DNA of 64,000 nt, taken from NCBI GenBank assembly GCA_965213685.1, contig CBDBZY010000064.1, positions 1,248,001 to 1,312,000 of the forward strand, written 5' to 3'. The position numbers and the translations under genes were made by a program. A model generated the notes under the pieces. The model was not told the DNA's origin, ran no database searches, and was given only the letters and a program-made list of their open reading frames with translations. The DNA comes from a bacterium. Its GTDB lineage: Bacteria; UBA8248. Below, piece after piece: positions 12,826 to 29,368 of the stretch (its first letter is position 1; every line of letters begins with the position of its first letter).

Positions 12826-13063
12826 TCACTCAGTGTGGCTCCTCCCCTGATGGAGAGGAGTTACTGGTCGATCCCTAGCGGGATTCTGACAGCACATATG
12901 GAGTGATATTCAGAATTGTGAGGGTTGGCTGTCACCCGGTGGCCATAGCTCAGGTGGTAGAGCACTGACAGCTAAAGTCAGAGGCCCCCAGTTCAATCCC
13001 GGGTGGCTACCGGTTTTTCACAGTTCTATAAAAATATTCCCAAGCCTTTCCTCATGTACATGT
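12826..13063 (+). mobile_element. tRNA-derived SINE with an internal cloverleaf-like module (~12939-13011)
   Basis: GGTGGCC/GGCTACC stem, CTGAC-AGCTAAA-GTCAG arm and GTTCAATCC. The body is shared with the 5810 copy and ends CTCATGTACATGTA. Confidence 0.7.
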
Positions 13064-14235
13064 ATGTTCCACCCTGATGCACAACTGGACGCTGCTAATC
13101 AACCGGTTGTCCAGATGCTCAACCCTGCAGCGGTTCGTGCCATAAGATGGTCATCCACTTGTGGAACCCTGTGTCCTGATGATGGAGTGAAGAAAGTATG
13201 ATGCTGCCTGCTTGAAGTAGATGTGCACTTGGTTTATCACTAAGCTCAAAAAGAGAGAGAACGAAATAGTTTGTGTGTGGTTGCACAACTAGACAGCTGT
13301 CCAGTTGTTCAACTGGCTATCTCATATTATGCTCAACCACTGAAAGTACACACACTTCATTTTTGTAGATGTACAGTCAACTCTGCCCTGCACACCAAGC
13401 TAACTTGAAATGCTTGAGAGGGGCAGCTAAGAAGAAGGTACATTTGTTGGCTTTTCTAGTTTAACCACCACAGTGATATAAAGAACTACTACATATCACT
13501 GATCTGTAGTGGATGATCTTGGGAAAGTTTTGTCTAAGTCCATTTGAAAGACGGCCTTGCTATCCACAGATTCACTATATCGTTCACTACCATCCCAACT
13601 TGTCATTCCCAGCGGTAAGTTCTCAGCATGCAACATACATGTACATATACATGTACATTTTTCTAAGCCATAGAGGCTGTACAGATTATATTTTTGTAAG
13701 CCGTTGAGGTTGTTGTAATTTTCTTTCTTTCTTTCCCTTCTCCTTCCTTTCCAAATAGTGCTCTATGTACTTGATTGTTCATGTACCATCCATTCAATTA
13801 ACCGTGCAACCAGTTCTTCAACAAGATGTCTGGCTAATCATTGGGACAGTGGTTGCATATCCGTGCATACATGATTGTACATGTACATGTACAGTGCACA
13901 CAATGTCTTACATGCAAGTACTGTACCCAAAGCAGGGTTTCATGGGGGTGCCCTGGGATTTCTCCCTGCCCACACCCATCCCCCCCCCAAAAAAAAAATT
14001 TAGGACTGTACTATGACATCATTAGATTTAAAGTGGATTTAGTATAGCATCTGTTGCCATGGGAAAGTAGCTACAGTACATGTACAGTGTACATACATGT
14101 ACACGTACATGTAAGTGTTAGCTTAATCCATACAAATTGAGGTACTGCAGGAAGTGTTACATGACTTCAAACTTGAGCAATGTTTCCCCCCTAGCTGTCT
14201 AAACCCGCAAACCCTCTTCAGGTCATCCTACTAAC

Positions 14236-14676
14236 CTGGTCTAGTTCAGTCAAGTGAGAAGAATAGATGAGAAACCTTCCTGGCACCTCAGTCACTGAGG
14301 AGCATCCCTCCACTGTCTCCAGCAAGGAGGCAATACTGTGTTTCTCTGGCTCTGTGCTGATGTCACCAACTACTGCTGGAGCTGCACTTAGTGAGATGTT
14401 TGAGAGGTTACGTGTGAGGGCTTCATGCTCATTCAGCATGTGAGAAAGTTGATACATCTCTGCCTCAAGTGACGATATTTCTTTGGATGTGTTGATGAAG
14501 AGTGCATAATTCTGATAAACATTCTGTTTGAGCTTATGAGCAGTTTGCTCAGCAACAGTTTGGATGGCCCTCTTATGCTTCTTCAGTTCTACAGAACTGT
14601 CCATGTCTCGGGCCAGTTCTCGCATGTAGGTCTGGACATCGAAAGTCTCCGCTACCAGTTTCTGCTCCACATCCAT
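14236..14676 (-). CDS. EXOC8: EXOC8 (exocyst complex component 8 / Exo84) first coding exon, 147 aa, Vps51-like N-terminal domain
   Basis: MDVEQKL..FDVQTYM..LKQNVYQNYALFINTSKEISSLEAEMYQLSHML..LLETVEGC is characteristic of Exo84. Donor is gttagt. The ctgtag acceptor 2 nt upstream of the ATG implies an upstream UTR exon. Confidence 0.93.
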
Positions 14677-14894
14677 TGCTACAGAGGTACAGGAGACACA
14701 TTGTGAGTAAATACAATCTCTAACTTGGCACTCATGTATACACCAACACACACACACACACGCACACACATGTACATGTACATGTATATAACCTACGTAC
14801 GTAGATCATAACCTACATGTACATGTGCATGTACATGTGTAGTTACATACATGTACATGTACATGTACATGCCTTCTCCTACATGCTAAGTTAG

Positions 14895-15146
14895 AGTTTC
14901 CCCGGGTAGAGACGTCTTGCCTTGCCTTGTATTGTCTAATTCAACCCACAATCACTGAGCTGCCTTGGTAGCTTAGTGGTAGAGCCCTTGTCAAGAGAAC
15001 AGAGGTGCGTGGGTTCGAATCCCACCTGGGGCAGCTCTTCTTTTCCTCTCAAAAGGAAGAAGAGAGCCAGTCTAAGGAGGTGGTGTTGTGTTGCCTTGTT
15101 TTGTATTGAATAGGTCTCATAGATTTAATCATGTATGTACATGTAC
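14895..15146 (+). mobile_element. tRNA-derived SINE
   Basis: TAGCTTAGTGGTAGAGC and GGTTCGAATCCC boxes, body shared with the 11890 copy, ending ATCATGTATGTACATGTAC. Confidence 0.7.
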
Positions 15147-16859
15147 CTAAAAGTCACTATTATTAGTGGGCACAAATACATCTATTAGTGGATCTTAAAA
15201 AATAGTGAATGTAGCAGGTACTAATCTTAACGATATTGCAATTTATGTTTTCAGTTACAAGTAGAATGAACACGGAACAAATGTAATGGTAAATATTATA
15301 TTATTACTATGGTAATTATGAATGAATTGAATGCCATAAATGGACTCCAATAATCGGTGAAGAGCTTGTACGTACATGTAGCTAAGAAAATATGCTGCAA
15401 TGTCCATAATACATATACATGCAATGTTTGCAATTGCTGCCTTGAAACTACTATATACCAGGAACTATTTGTCCATCCAGTTAGATGTCTACTAGTGCCA
15501 GTCCGCAGATTAGCTCCAGCGGAGACAGACACACAGGAAAAATACAGTACTACAGTGCAAACCCTCGGTGCAGTTACACGGCATGCTACAACAGCCTGCA
15601 CAAGCATTGCTGGTTTAATACTCAATTGGGCTATAGTCTAGTGTCCTGCCTTGTCTTTATGCTTTAGAGTCTGTGCACATACATGTGTGCACGTACTATA
15701 GCCCCGTACCCAGGCTAGCTAGGCCCTCTCCTCACGCATGCGCAATCATACAGATGACCTTTGTCCTCATAAGATAGCGTGTGCATAACACATAAAAGAA
15801 CATGTAACGGAGAGTATAGGAAACATTGCACATAAATTGCACATGAAGACAAAATGGCCGTCCCTGCAGAGGTAAGTAAAAGCACTCTAATTTTTGAACC
15901 AGACGTCTTTAGGAAAAACGCCTTTATAATTGCCTCAAATTCGACGCTTAGCATGATGGTGTCTTTGGTTTTACTTGTGTTTGCGCATACCACCAGAATA
16001 GTGTGCAGACTCACAGAGACAGACACACACACACACACACAGGACAACTACTGTAACCCTCGCTGTGCATGTGTGCCAAGGGTTAATTACCCTTCTTGTG
16101 CATGTGCACCGAAGGTTAAAAATGTACAGGCATGTAGGAATGGCAGTGCCAAAAACCACAGAAACCATATACATGTATACATGTACATGCACATGTGTAT
16201 AGGGATGGCAGCGACCAGGCAAGGCAGGCCATACAAATACTACACAAGTAACACCATCTCTACATTTCCGTTTTTATCGATGCTATTTTTGTATGATATA
16301 AGATTATTGGGAAGAGGTAAAAGATTGTCTGTCAGTAAGTCTAGCTACATGTACCTGGGGGGTATTGTTCAGTAGAGAAACGCTGGAATAGGATAGCTAC
16401 AATGTATATGTACAATGTACATGTACGTGCTCTGAAAGGCTTAGAACGCATGTTGAGAAAAGGCTTTCCAATGTACACGCACTATGGGCATGTCGGTCCC
16501 TACATACTTGTAGAGAGTCTACCTACTTTCTGATAAGATCTTCTATCCATGAACATATACATGTACATGTACATGTACATGTATACTGTGTAAACTAAAC
16601 TATCCTTCAGGGTAGGTAGTTGATTACAGCTACATGTACTTCACGAAAATGGGAGTGATATGCACAAGACTGAATATTTTGCAAAAGCAAATGTAAATTT
16701 TCAACATGGTGTCCACAGACCAGGAAAGGTTGTTGCAGAGTTAGGCTGACACAAAGCAACAGTAACAGAAAGAGAACGGCAGTAACAGAAAGAGGATGAA
16801 TCCACACTGTATTAGCCTGTGCTGGTGCTTCTGGATGTACATGTACATGTACTTACACA

Positions 16860-17890
16860 CGGAAAAGAATGGCATCTACAATGTATGCTCAAGTGGGTGC
16901 ATTTCCAGGCACTATGTTTCAATGCAGAATACAAGATGGGTGACTGCAGAATTGTTTGAAAAGTAGTCTCAATTCCCCATCATGAATACCTCACAAGTGA
17001 GTCCAGCTTTGCTCGTCTTGGATGGCCATGCTTTTCATGTATCGATTGCCATTGCAAGGACCAGTGAGATTCATATGTTGCGCTTGCCAGCTCACTCTAC
17101 CCATCTTCTTCAACCTTTGGAAGTTGGAGTTTGAAATGTCACTACCATAAAGCTTGCAGAAAGTACATGTACCTGTAGTTGAATACGTGAGGAGGGTAAT
17201 CCCTACAGAAATGATTGCATCATTGTTGGCTACATGATCACTTGCATTCAACCCTATAAATTGTATTATGGCAGGATTCAAGAAAACAAGGATATGTCCT
17301 TTAAACCCAAAAGAGACCAGTGACTATGAACTGGCACCAGCTAAAAGTATTCCAGAAAGATGTGACAAGTAAATGTTTCAAATCTGAATAAGCAAGGGTA
17401 GTGAATCTTCACCAGGCAGTGGAACAAGTGAGAGTTTGTCACTCATAAGTCCCAGTACATCTGAAAGAACTTCCAACAGCTCACGCTCGATTACTCTATT
17501 CTATAGCCTGGGGAAGGAATAAGCAGTAAAGCAAATGCACAGAAGGCAAAGTAGTGGATGAACTGAGAGTAACAGAATCTGAAAGAAGTGAACAGAAGAA
17601 GCAGAAAGAAACAGATGGACAGAAGAGAGGAGAGAAGGGGCATTGAAGTACAACAGTTTGTGAGCAACTAGAAAAGCTAACTTGATATCTCCAGGAAGAA
17701 TGCCCAGAATGTGGGCTTATCTATGGTAAAGATGGCATTCTGTGTCATGCTAATGCAATCCCAGACTACAGTTCTGTACAAAATCCAACACAACCCAGGG
17801 TCAATGACTCGTCATGTAAAGACTGACCCATTTGGTTTATCATGCATTGGTGCCCGAATTGCCTGTACCTTGGTTCCCGAATTGCCTGAC
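16860..17890 (+). pseudogene. Degenerate pogo/Tigger (DDE_1, CENP-B-like) transposase with a Cys-rich C-terminal remnant
   Basis: LVLDGHAFH..LPAHSTHLLQPLEVGV, MAGFKKTRICPLNP and EECPECG, with stops and frameshifts. Confidence 0.75.
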
Positions 17891-18057
17891 TTACATGTAT
17901 AGTAGTACAAAAACTCATCACTTGTTTAGCTCACGTTCATTATCTCCTAACAGATTATGAACAGAACTACATGTAACTTGGAGCGATTACTCTATAGGGC
18001 ACAAACGTTTATATGGTAGTAGGATGCCTAGCTAAAATGTCTACACATTTGCCTCAG

Positions 18058-18456
18058 TGAAACTAGTCCCTAGCCCAGCCCTAGCCTCCCATCCCATCAT
18101 ACTTGGGATGGACTAACCATAACCTAGCCCTAGCCCTGTCACACGACTAACCAGTTCACGGTAATACGTACGGTTCGCGCGTATGGTTAGTCGCAGTCGT
18201 GCGACAGGGTAGGCCAGGTATAGGCTAGAGACTATGGTTAGTCGTGTGACAGAGTGAGGGCTAGGGGTAGGCTAGGTATAGGCTAGGGAACAGTTTGACT
18301 ATGCTTAAACCTATTGCGGAAGTGATTCGCTTGGTCCGTCTATTGAAGTTGATCCGATACTTCCAAGACATCAACAAACCAGCTTCAGGGAGAAGCTTAG
18401 CCCTAGCCTTTCCCTCCCACACGAGTGAATGTTTGCTAGGCAAAGGACTAGTTTCA
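18058..18456. mobile_element. MITE with TGAAACTAGTCC termini and CTAGCC/CGTGTGAC subrepeats; related sequence at ~62360-62600
   Basis: TGAAACTAGTCCCTAGCC ... CTAGGCAAAGGACTAGTTTCA. Confidence 0.6.
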
Positions 18457-18479
18457 TAAAGTAGACATCATACTGATCT

Positions 18480-18528
<49 letters not shown>

Positions 18529-18611
18529 TCAGTGCTTTGCTCGAGAGTCTCACTACACAGTCCACGCACCGACTTTCAGGAAGCAATAATTATTAAGACA
18601 AGATTATGTCA

Positions 18612-19198
18612 GGGTGTTACTAAAACCCGGGACGGGACGGGACAGAGACGGGACGTCCCGTCCCGCCCCGTTACTAAAATACGGGACGAAACTGCGAATG
18701 CATACACTGATATCGGTCGATATGCACTCGAAATGTGGAAGTAGATGGCTTAGAAACGTCCTGGAAGCTGAATATAGTACTTCCAAGCTAGAGTTATGAG
18801 TTCACATCGTCTAAGCAGACCATTTCGCCTACACGCAAGCAATAGATCCGACTGAGCTACTTGCCAGCGTAGAGAATATAGAAATACAGAGCTCCTGCAA
18901 TCAGGAGAGATCATTTTTTGTTAGTAAAACTAAATAGCACATCCGAAAGAATATAGGTGAACTTACAGCGATTTTTGACGCCGCCTCGCGGTCTTCTATA
19001 GCTAACATGGCTTGCTTAGACGATGTGAACTCAAAACTCTAGCTTGGAAGTACGATATTCAGCTTCCAGGACGTTTCTAAGCGATCTACTTCCACATTTT
19101 GAGTGTATATCGACCGATATCAGTGTATGCACTCGCAGTTTCGTTCGGACGGGACGTCCCGTCTCTGTCCCGTCCCGTCCCGGGTTATAGTAACACCC
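18612..19198. mobile_element. Foldback MITE with long inverted arms (MULE-like)
   Basis: GGGTGTTACTAAAACCCGGGACGGGAC / GTCCCGTCCCGGGTTATAGTAACACCC, with arms complementary over ~200 bp. The flanks are imperfect repeats (GATTATGTCA / ACTTACGTCA). Confidence 0.75.
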
Positions 19199-19500
19199 AC
19201 TTACGTCACGTGATAGGTTTAGGCCAGGCGTTCTTGCTAGGTGCAGAGTAAAAGCCGCACTCGAAATTACAGGATCTCACTCTTACGTCATGGCATTACG
19301 GCGTAAGCTTAGAAGCTGTTCATTCACGTTAGTTACGAAACGCACTCGCACACATGCACATCAGTTGAGAAGCTAGATTGTCTGCAAAACGCCGAAGTGC
19401 CACCATGCCTAGCTGCAAAGGTGCAAGAGCTGGGTTAGCCTGCTGTATAGCCTTGCTAGTTGCACTACAAAACTTTGTCTCTAGATCGCCAAAAAACGCC

Positions 19501-19563
19501 TAGTCTCGCGAGCCAGACCCTCTCGGCAAGCGGTTTGCCGTGAGGGTCTGGCTCTCGAGACTA
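19501..19563. mobile_element. Academ-type TAG...CTA hairpin mini-element; similar copies at ~58764-58817, ~60487 and ~62106
   Basis: TAGTCTCGCGAGCCAGACCCTC...GAGGGTCTGGCTCTCGAGACTA. Confidence 0.65.
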
Positions 19564-20689
19564 TCCAACGCGTAAGTGGCACCATAACCAGCTGGCAAAG
19601 GTAAAGGTCAGTGTGTCTGCTAGCTTTATCTTTATACTGCATGTGCAAACCACCCGGTTGAAGTTGAAGGATATGAAGAGACTAGCTTGAAACGTATGCA
19701 TGTGTACGTGTGTGCGTTGTGACTGTGCGTGCAAACCCCACCGACACGAGCTTGAATATCTACAGTGCCTGGTACAAAGCTAACACCGTGAACTCTTGTA
19801 CCTCTGTGGCTAGGCATGATGGCGCTTTGTTTGGCGGCGTTGGATGGCAGCTTGCAGACACTAAGAAACGACTAGCTTGTTATAGAATGAAGAAACTAGT
19901 TCGTATGTGCACGAGGGCGTTTCGTGACCACGTGTACAGAGTGATAATAGAACAGTATTTCTGCACCTACCAAGAACGCCTGGCCTGGCGTTCTAGTTCT
20001 TGCTGAAATTACAGGATCTCCCCCTTACGTCATGGAATTACTGTTCTACTAATAGAATGCCCGCATTGTGGGCGAGCGGGAGGGAGCCAGCTGGAATAAT
20101 CAGATGCTTATCTTGAATAATAGCTTGACATAGGTTTCTGTAGATGTACATGGATCCAACATCTTTTGAAGTAGCAACATTTGCAACAGCAGCCAAAGTA
20201 GAGTGTTAGATCACTAGCTATACTGCACAACCCTTCAGACTGGCTCCTTGGAGATGTCCATGCTTTCAGATGCTAAGCTATGAAGTGATGTCTGAACGCA
20301 CACTGCATGTACCAACAGCCAAGTCACTTCCTCAGCCTGTTGGAATTAAGTGGAATAACATTTAGTAAACAGCTTCCGATCGACACCATCTTCGTACGAT
20401 GTCTACAAGCAGGAGCTTGTGAGCGGCGAAGCCGCGAAGGAGCGTGTAACTACCGCCTACAGCTGGGTGCCATCCAAATCCAGAATCATTAGCCAGCTAA
20501 CTTCCAAATATGGAAACCACTCGTTCAATCAAGCGTCAGAGTGACGCACCATGCCACCTACGCATTCCGTGATAGCGATCTGGGACTCAGTCAGATGCAG
20601 AAGCAAGAGATCGGCGCGGCGCTTAGCTAAGCGAGCGACAACGCTAGCAGAAAGCGGAGTAGATTTGACGATGCCGGGACACCTAACCG

Positions 20690-21370
20690 CTCCGGGCGAA
20701 TTTTTTTTTTTTGGAACCACTTTCGACATAGAATTTTCTTCAAAGGCAAAGTATGCATGCGCAATCGTGAGACCACACCCCTTCGAACGTTGATTGTGGA
20801 AACGTGGAAGTAAGGCGCTTACTTTTCAGCGTACTAGGTAACCAATTAGTAGCTCATAGGGGAGTGAAGACGCAAAAAGCGAGTTGTGTGAGACAATTTC
20901 GGTGCAAGCAGCAGCTCTAGGAAATAGGAAGTGTATTCAGAAAGGCCTGAGCATCACCAGGAGCAATAGTCAAGCAGGGGCAAAGACTCCAAGTACAACG
21001 GTGTGTGTAGTGCTGTAGGCTCTAGGGTGCATGATCAGGTTGCGGGTACGAACACAGTGGTACGTGAGTAGTAATACATAGAATATTCCTGTCAAGGCGT
21101 AAATTTCACTTTGTGACACTTCCCTGCAGTTTGCTATCAACATCGTATGCATGTAAGGGAGTACAACCGATGCCCCTTTCTGTGTTTTTTATGATTGGTA
21201 TGATTGGTATGCAAGTACCTAGAGCCCACCTTGCCTTTGCCCATGCTTGACCACAGATTAACGAGCGGGATGCTTGACTAAAGCTCCTGATGACGCTCAA
21301 GCCTTTCGTCATGACTGAATACACTTCCTTCTTCCTACAGCTGTTGCTTGCACCGCAACTGTCTCACACA
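20690..21370. repeat. Unclassified dispersed repeat; same family at ~38985-39690 and in the 58200-62275 array
   Basis: Shared blocks GGAACCACTTTCGAC..AGAATTTTCTTCAAAG..CGCAATCGTGAGAC and GTCAAGCAGGGGCAAAG. Confidence 0.7.
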
Positions 21371-22097
21371 AAGCGCGGCAAGCGAAAGACTTTTATCCTT
21401 CACGATGACACAAACGAGACGCAAACAACAAAATGGGTTACAAGATGTGAGGTCGTCCTATCAAAGTACAAAAGCTGCATGTCAGAAGTGAACGTATCTG
21501 TTCGTACAGCAATGTCTGTAGAAGGAATACTGATTGTACGAGGTAGTTGTCGATACTTTGATGTTTCAACCCTTTCCCTCTCAAAAGTGCGCATTTTTGC
21601 GCACTTTCTAGAACAGCGTAAAACTGGAGAAATATGGAACATATGAAGATGTAATGTCGGCATGAGGGCATTTTACTGATACACGCACCCCTTGAAGTGG
21701 CCTCTCGGCGTTTGGACGTAGCGGTTGGAGCTTTGATGTAGCTTTCATCTCTGCTATTGTATACCCCTTTCGCTCTCAAAAGTGCGCATTTTTGCGCACT
21801 TTCTAAAACAGCGTAAAACTGGAGAAATATGGAACATTTGATGATGTAATGTCGGCATGCGGGCAATTAACTGATAAAAAACTCCCATGCACCCCTTGAA
21901 GTGGCCTCTCGGCGCTTGGATGTGGCGGTCAGAGCTTTGATGTAGTTTTCATCTCTGCTATTGTATACTTTAAAAAAAAAGCAAGAAGCCTAGCAAGCAG
22001 TGTGATGAAGCGTCAGGGAGGGCTAGAGGTGGCTGGAGTGAAGTCTGGGCTCTGCACGTAGCCATAAATGGGCCGCGCGGCTTCGATCTGTAGGAAT

Positions 22098-24311
22098 AGA
22101 GGCCTTGCACCGGAAGTAAATTTGGGGGTGTGTCCGTAGCAACCGTTGCTATCCGCCATCTTTGGGGGCATCTGCGGTACATCGAATAGTGCGTACGTAG
22201 AACGAACTGCCGTGCTTTCATCCGTCCTCCTATTCTGAAGAAAGATACAAAGCAAAGTTGTCCTTGCAGGACCTAAGATAGATCGATGCAGTACTTAGTA
22301 GCGGACTTAGATGTCTGCTGGAACTATATGGTAGTGGCCTGGAGGCATCACTGATGGGGAGTCTGTAATCAGTGGACTAAATTGGACTGGACTGGACTGG
22401 ACTGGACTGGACTGACCTTTTGTACAAAGTGCACCCTAAGCATGCAACTACAAGTAGTGTATTGTGTTTGTTGCTACTTTGAGGAGGCTCTGCAGCCATG
22501 TATACCTACTGTAATCCTCAAAAATCATGTAACAGTTGCAAAGCAGGAGGGGGGGGGGGTTGCAGGCTTGAGTGCACTCTTTTCTGACTGAACCGTCATT
22601 ATTTCTAGCGCTGGAGTTTAACTGATCTTACAAACTTGTTGCAAAAGCCAGTACTGCTGTTCATCCCATGTGCACTACCCAGTACAGGGGTTCATACAGA
22701 AGTTTTCGCCGGGGGGGGAGACATCGCAAAATTTCGACGTTGTAAAGGTATTGCATAACACTTCCTGCGATGCCACATATATATGTTCGTATTGACTGAG
22801 TTAACGTTTATGTAGCTATATTTCCCATGGAAAATGAGCAAAAGATCTGCTACCAATTCTGTTCTGCTATCACAAACCTGTCACTTGCATTAAATCTATT
22901 GATATATCATAGTACAATCCTGAAATTCTGGGGGGGGGAAATCCCAGGGTGCCCCCCCCCTCTGTATGAAACCCTGCAATACCAGAGGTCAAAGTTCAGA
23001 AATGTCTGCACATCGAGCACAGATGCATTGGAGGTACCACACTCCTAGTAGAGATCAGGTAAAATTGAACTTTGACCACTGGCATTGGGAAGTGTACACG
23101 AAATCCTATATTATAATAGCCTACAGACGGCAATTATAATCCAGGACGAAATTAACAGCAGTATTGGCTTTTGCAACAGTCAGTAAGATGAGTAAAACCT
23201 CCAGCGCTAGGAATAACATGGTTCAGTCAGCAAAGAGTGTGCTCATGCCTGCCCCCCTCTGCTTCCCCCTCCCTGCACTTTGAAGGGTTAGCTAATACTC
23301 ATGGCAGGATTGCTAGGGCAGCCTCTTGAGTATTATTTATATGTGACTGCAGAGCCTACTCAAAGTAGCAACAAACACAATACACTATAACGCATGATAT
23401 AGTTAAGTGTCATGAATGCACAAAAGGTCAGTCCAGTCCAGTCCCACTGATTACAGACTCCCATCACGGATGTACTACACACCATCAACGAATAGAGAAA
23501 TTGATGTAACTCCAAATGATAATCTACATTGGTATGCTTGATGGTGATATAGCCTCCCTGAACAAGAAGCAAGTTGCAGCAGTTTGGCCTGCCTGAACCT
23601 GTTACTCTTATGTGCACTATGATGTAAGCTCAGCTGTTGTGCTTCACTATCTAAATTCCCCCTCAGCATCACGTATTAGGTGAACATAGATAGGTATTAG
23701 AAACTGTAACTCACCTCCATGGCTGGCACACAGATAGCATTAAGCTTATAGTAGTAGGTATAGCATTTGACAAGCACATAAATTGTACAGAGATGTGCAC
23801 ATCATCGTCAGCATGGGAAAGATCAGTTGAGTCTCACACTAGTTGCACTTGTAACCATGTTGAGCCATACATGTAAATTTATGACCAGATTAACTTTGGA
23901 GTGACTGATTGCACTTTCCATGACAGCTCTAAATAACATCTCGGACTCACTCACTCTATGTTAACTAAACCCTTAACATCATATAGCATCCTGTAGTCGC
24001 ATAACAGACGCAGGTATGGGTGTCAACACCATAATACATATCGAGCAAGAAGCGTTCTGAACATGCGAGATGACTAGCATCCTTGCTACGGTCGTCGCCA
24101 GACGCCGCTTGAGCTAGTTTGCTCCCCTCGATTATGCTGTACGGCAGGTAGAGAGAAGAGATCAACGGTCTTGTCCCTTCCAGAACTCTTGGAGTAACTC
24201 GAAACACAGCGTGTACTCTACCAAGTCGCGTACAAAGGAACTGCCGCTTGCCCCCAAGGATGGCGGCTTCCGGTGTATCACATGACCTATGACGTCAAGT
24301 GCAAGGCCTCT
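22098..24311. mobile_element. TIR element with AT TSD inserted in an LTDR; contains further MITEs at 22353-23465 and 22685-22976
   Basis: AGAGGCCTTGCAC / GTGCAAGGCCTCT with AT on both sides. Inner TIRs are GATGGGGAGTCTGTAATCAGTGG(ACTGG)n and CAGGGGTTCATACAGA / TCTGTATGAAACCCTG. Confidence 0.7.
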
Positions 24312-24315
24312 ATAT

Positions 24316-28133
<3,818 letters not shown>

Positions 28134-28583
28134 TTAAATACGGAGGTTTGAATTGGTTGCCAGGAGACTTGCGGGCTACGCCGTTGCCATGGAGGTAGCC
28201 AGGCGAGCGGAAGGGCCGGAAGTAAACGGAGATCTAAGAAAGACCGTGTCACGTCGCTCGCTCGTTCCATCGCGGGAACTCAAGCGAAAGGGTTATTCCT
28301 TGGTGTTGCTGCGAAAACGACACGGGATAAAGCGCCTTATTCCGAAGAGAGTCGTCTCTGCTGTGTCTACGGAAAGAATTAAAGAATGGAAGAGGTCAGA
28401 ATTGGGCGAAAACGAGAACAGCTTGAGAGAAAAGAGCTATCACGGTTAGCAGAGTTTGTGTGGGTGTGGCTGTGTGGGTGTGATTGCGTGGGCGAGGAGG
28501 GCAGTGTGTGGGTGGGGCAGCCTAGATTGCTGCAGTAGTGTGTGCGTGTGTGTGTGTATGTGTGTGTGTGTGTGTGTGCGTGT

Positions 28584-28626
<43 letters not shown>

Positions 28627-28731
28627 TGGGGTGACTGTGTGGGTGTGTGTGGGTGCGATTGCGTAGGTGAGGAAGGGAGTGTGTGGGTGGAACAGCCTTG
28701 ATTGCTGCCTCAAAGTACATGTATGTACATG

Positions 28732-28787
<56 letters not shown>

Positions 28788-29336
28788 GGTGGGTGGGTGG
28801 GTGAGGAAGGGAGTGTTTGGGTGGGACAGCCTTCATTGCTGCTGTAGAGTATGTGTGTGAAGAGAAGGAGGGGGAGAGGGGGAGAGGGAGTGTGTGTGTG
28901 TGTGTGGGTGGGTGGGTGTGACTGTGTGATTTTGTGGGTGAGTGTAGGTGTGATTGCGTGGGTGTGGAAGGGTGTGTGTGGGTGGGACAACCTTGGTTGC
29001 TGCCTCAAAGTATGTACATGTACATGTATGTGTGGGTCGGGGGAGGGGGAGTGTGTGTGTGTGTGTGCGTGTGCGTGGGTGTGATTGTGTGGGTGGGTGT
29101 GGGTGTGATTGCGTGGGTGAGGAAGGGAGTGTGTGGATGGTACAGTCTTAATTGCTGCTGTAAAGTATGTATGTGTGTTGGGGAGGGGGGAGGGGGGAGT
29201 GTGGGCGTGAGTGTAATTGTGTGGGTGGGTAGGTGTGATTGTGTGGGTGGGTGTGGATGTGATTGCGTGGGTGAGCAATAGAGTGTGGGGGTGGTACAAT
29301 CTTAATTATTGCTGTAAAATATGTATGTGTGTAAGG

Positions 29337-29368
<32 letters not shown>

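Noticed and set aside
12939-13011. Possible amber-suppressor tRNA (CTA at the anticodon position)
   Set aside because: The loop begins AG rather than YU, the sister copy at ~5853 has CTT, and both are embedded in a repeat body with a CATGTA tail. It is a SINE module, not a tRNA gene.
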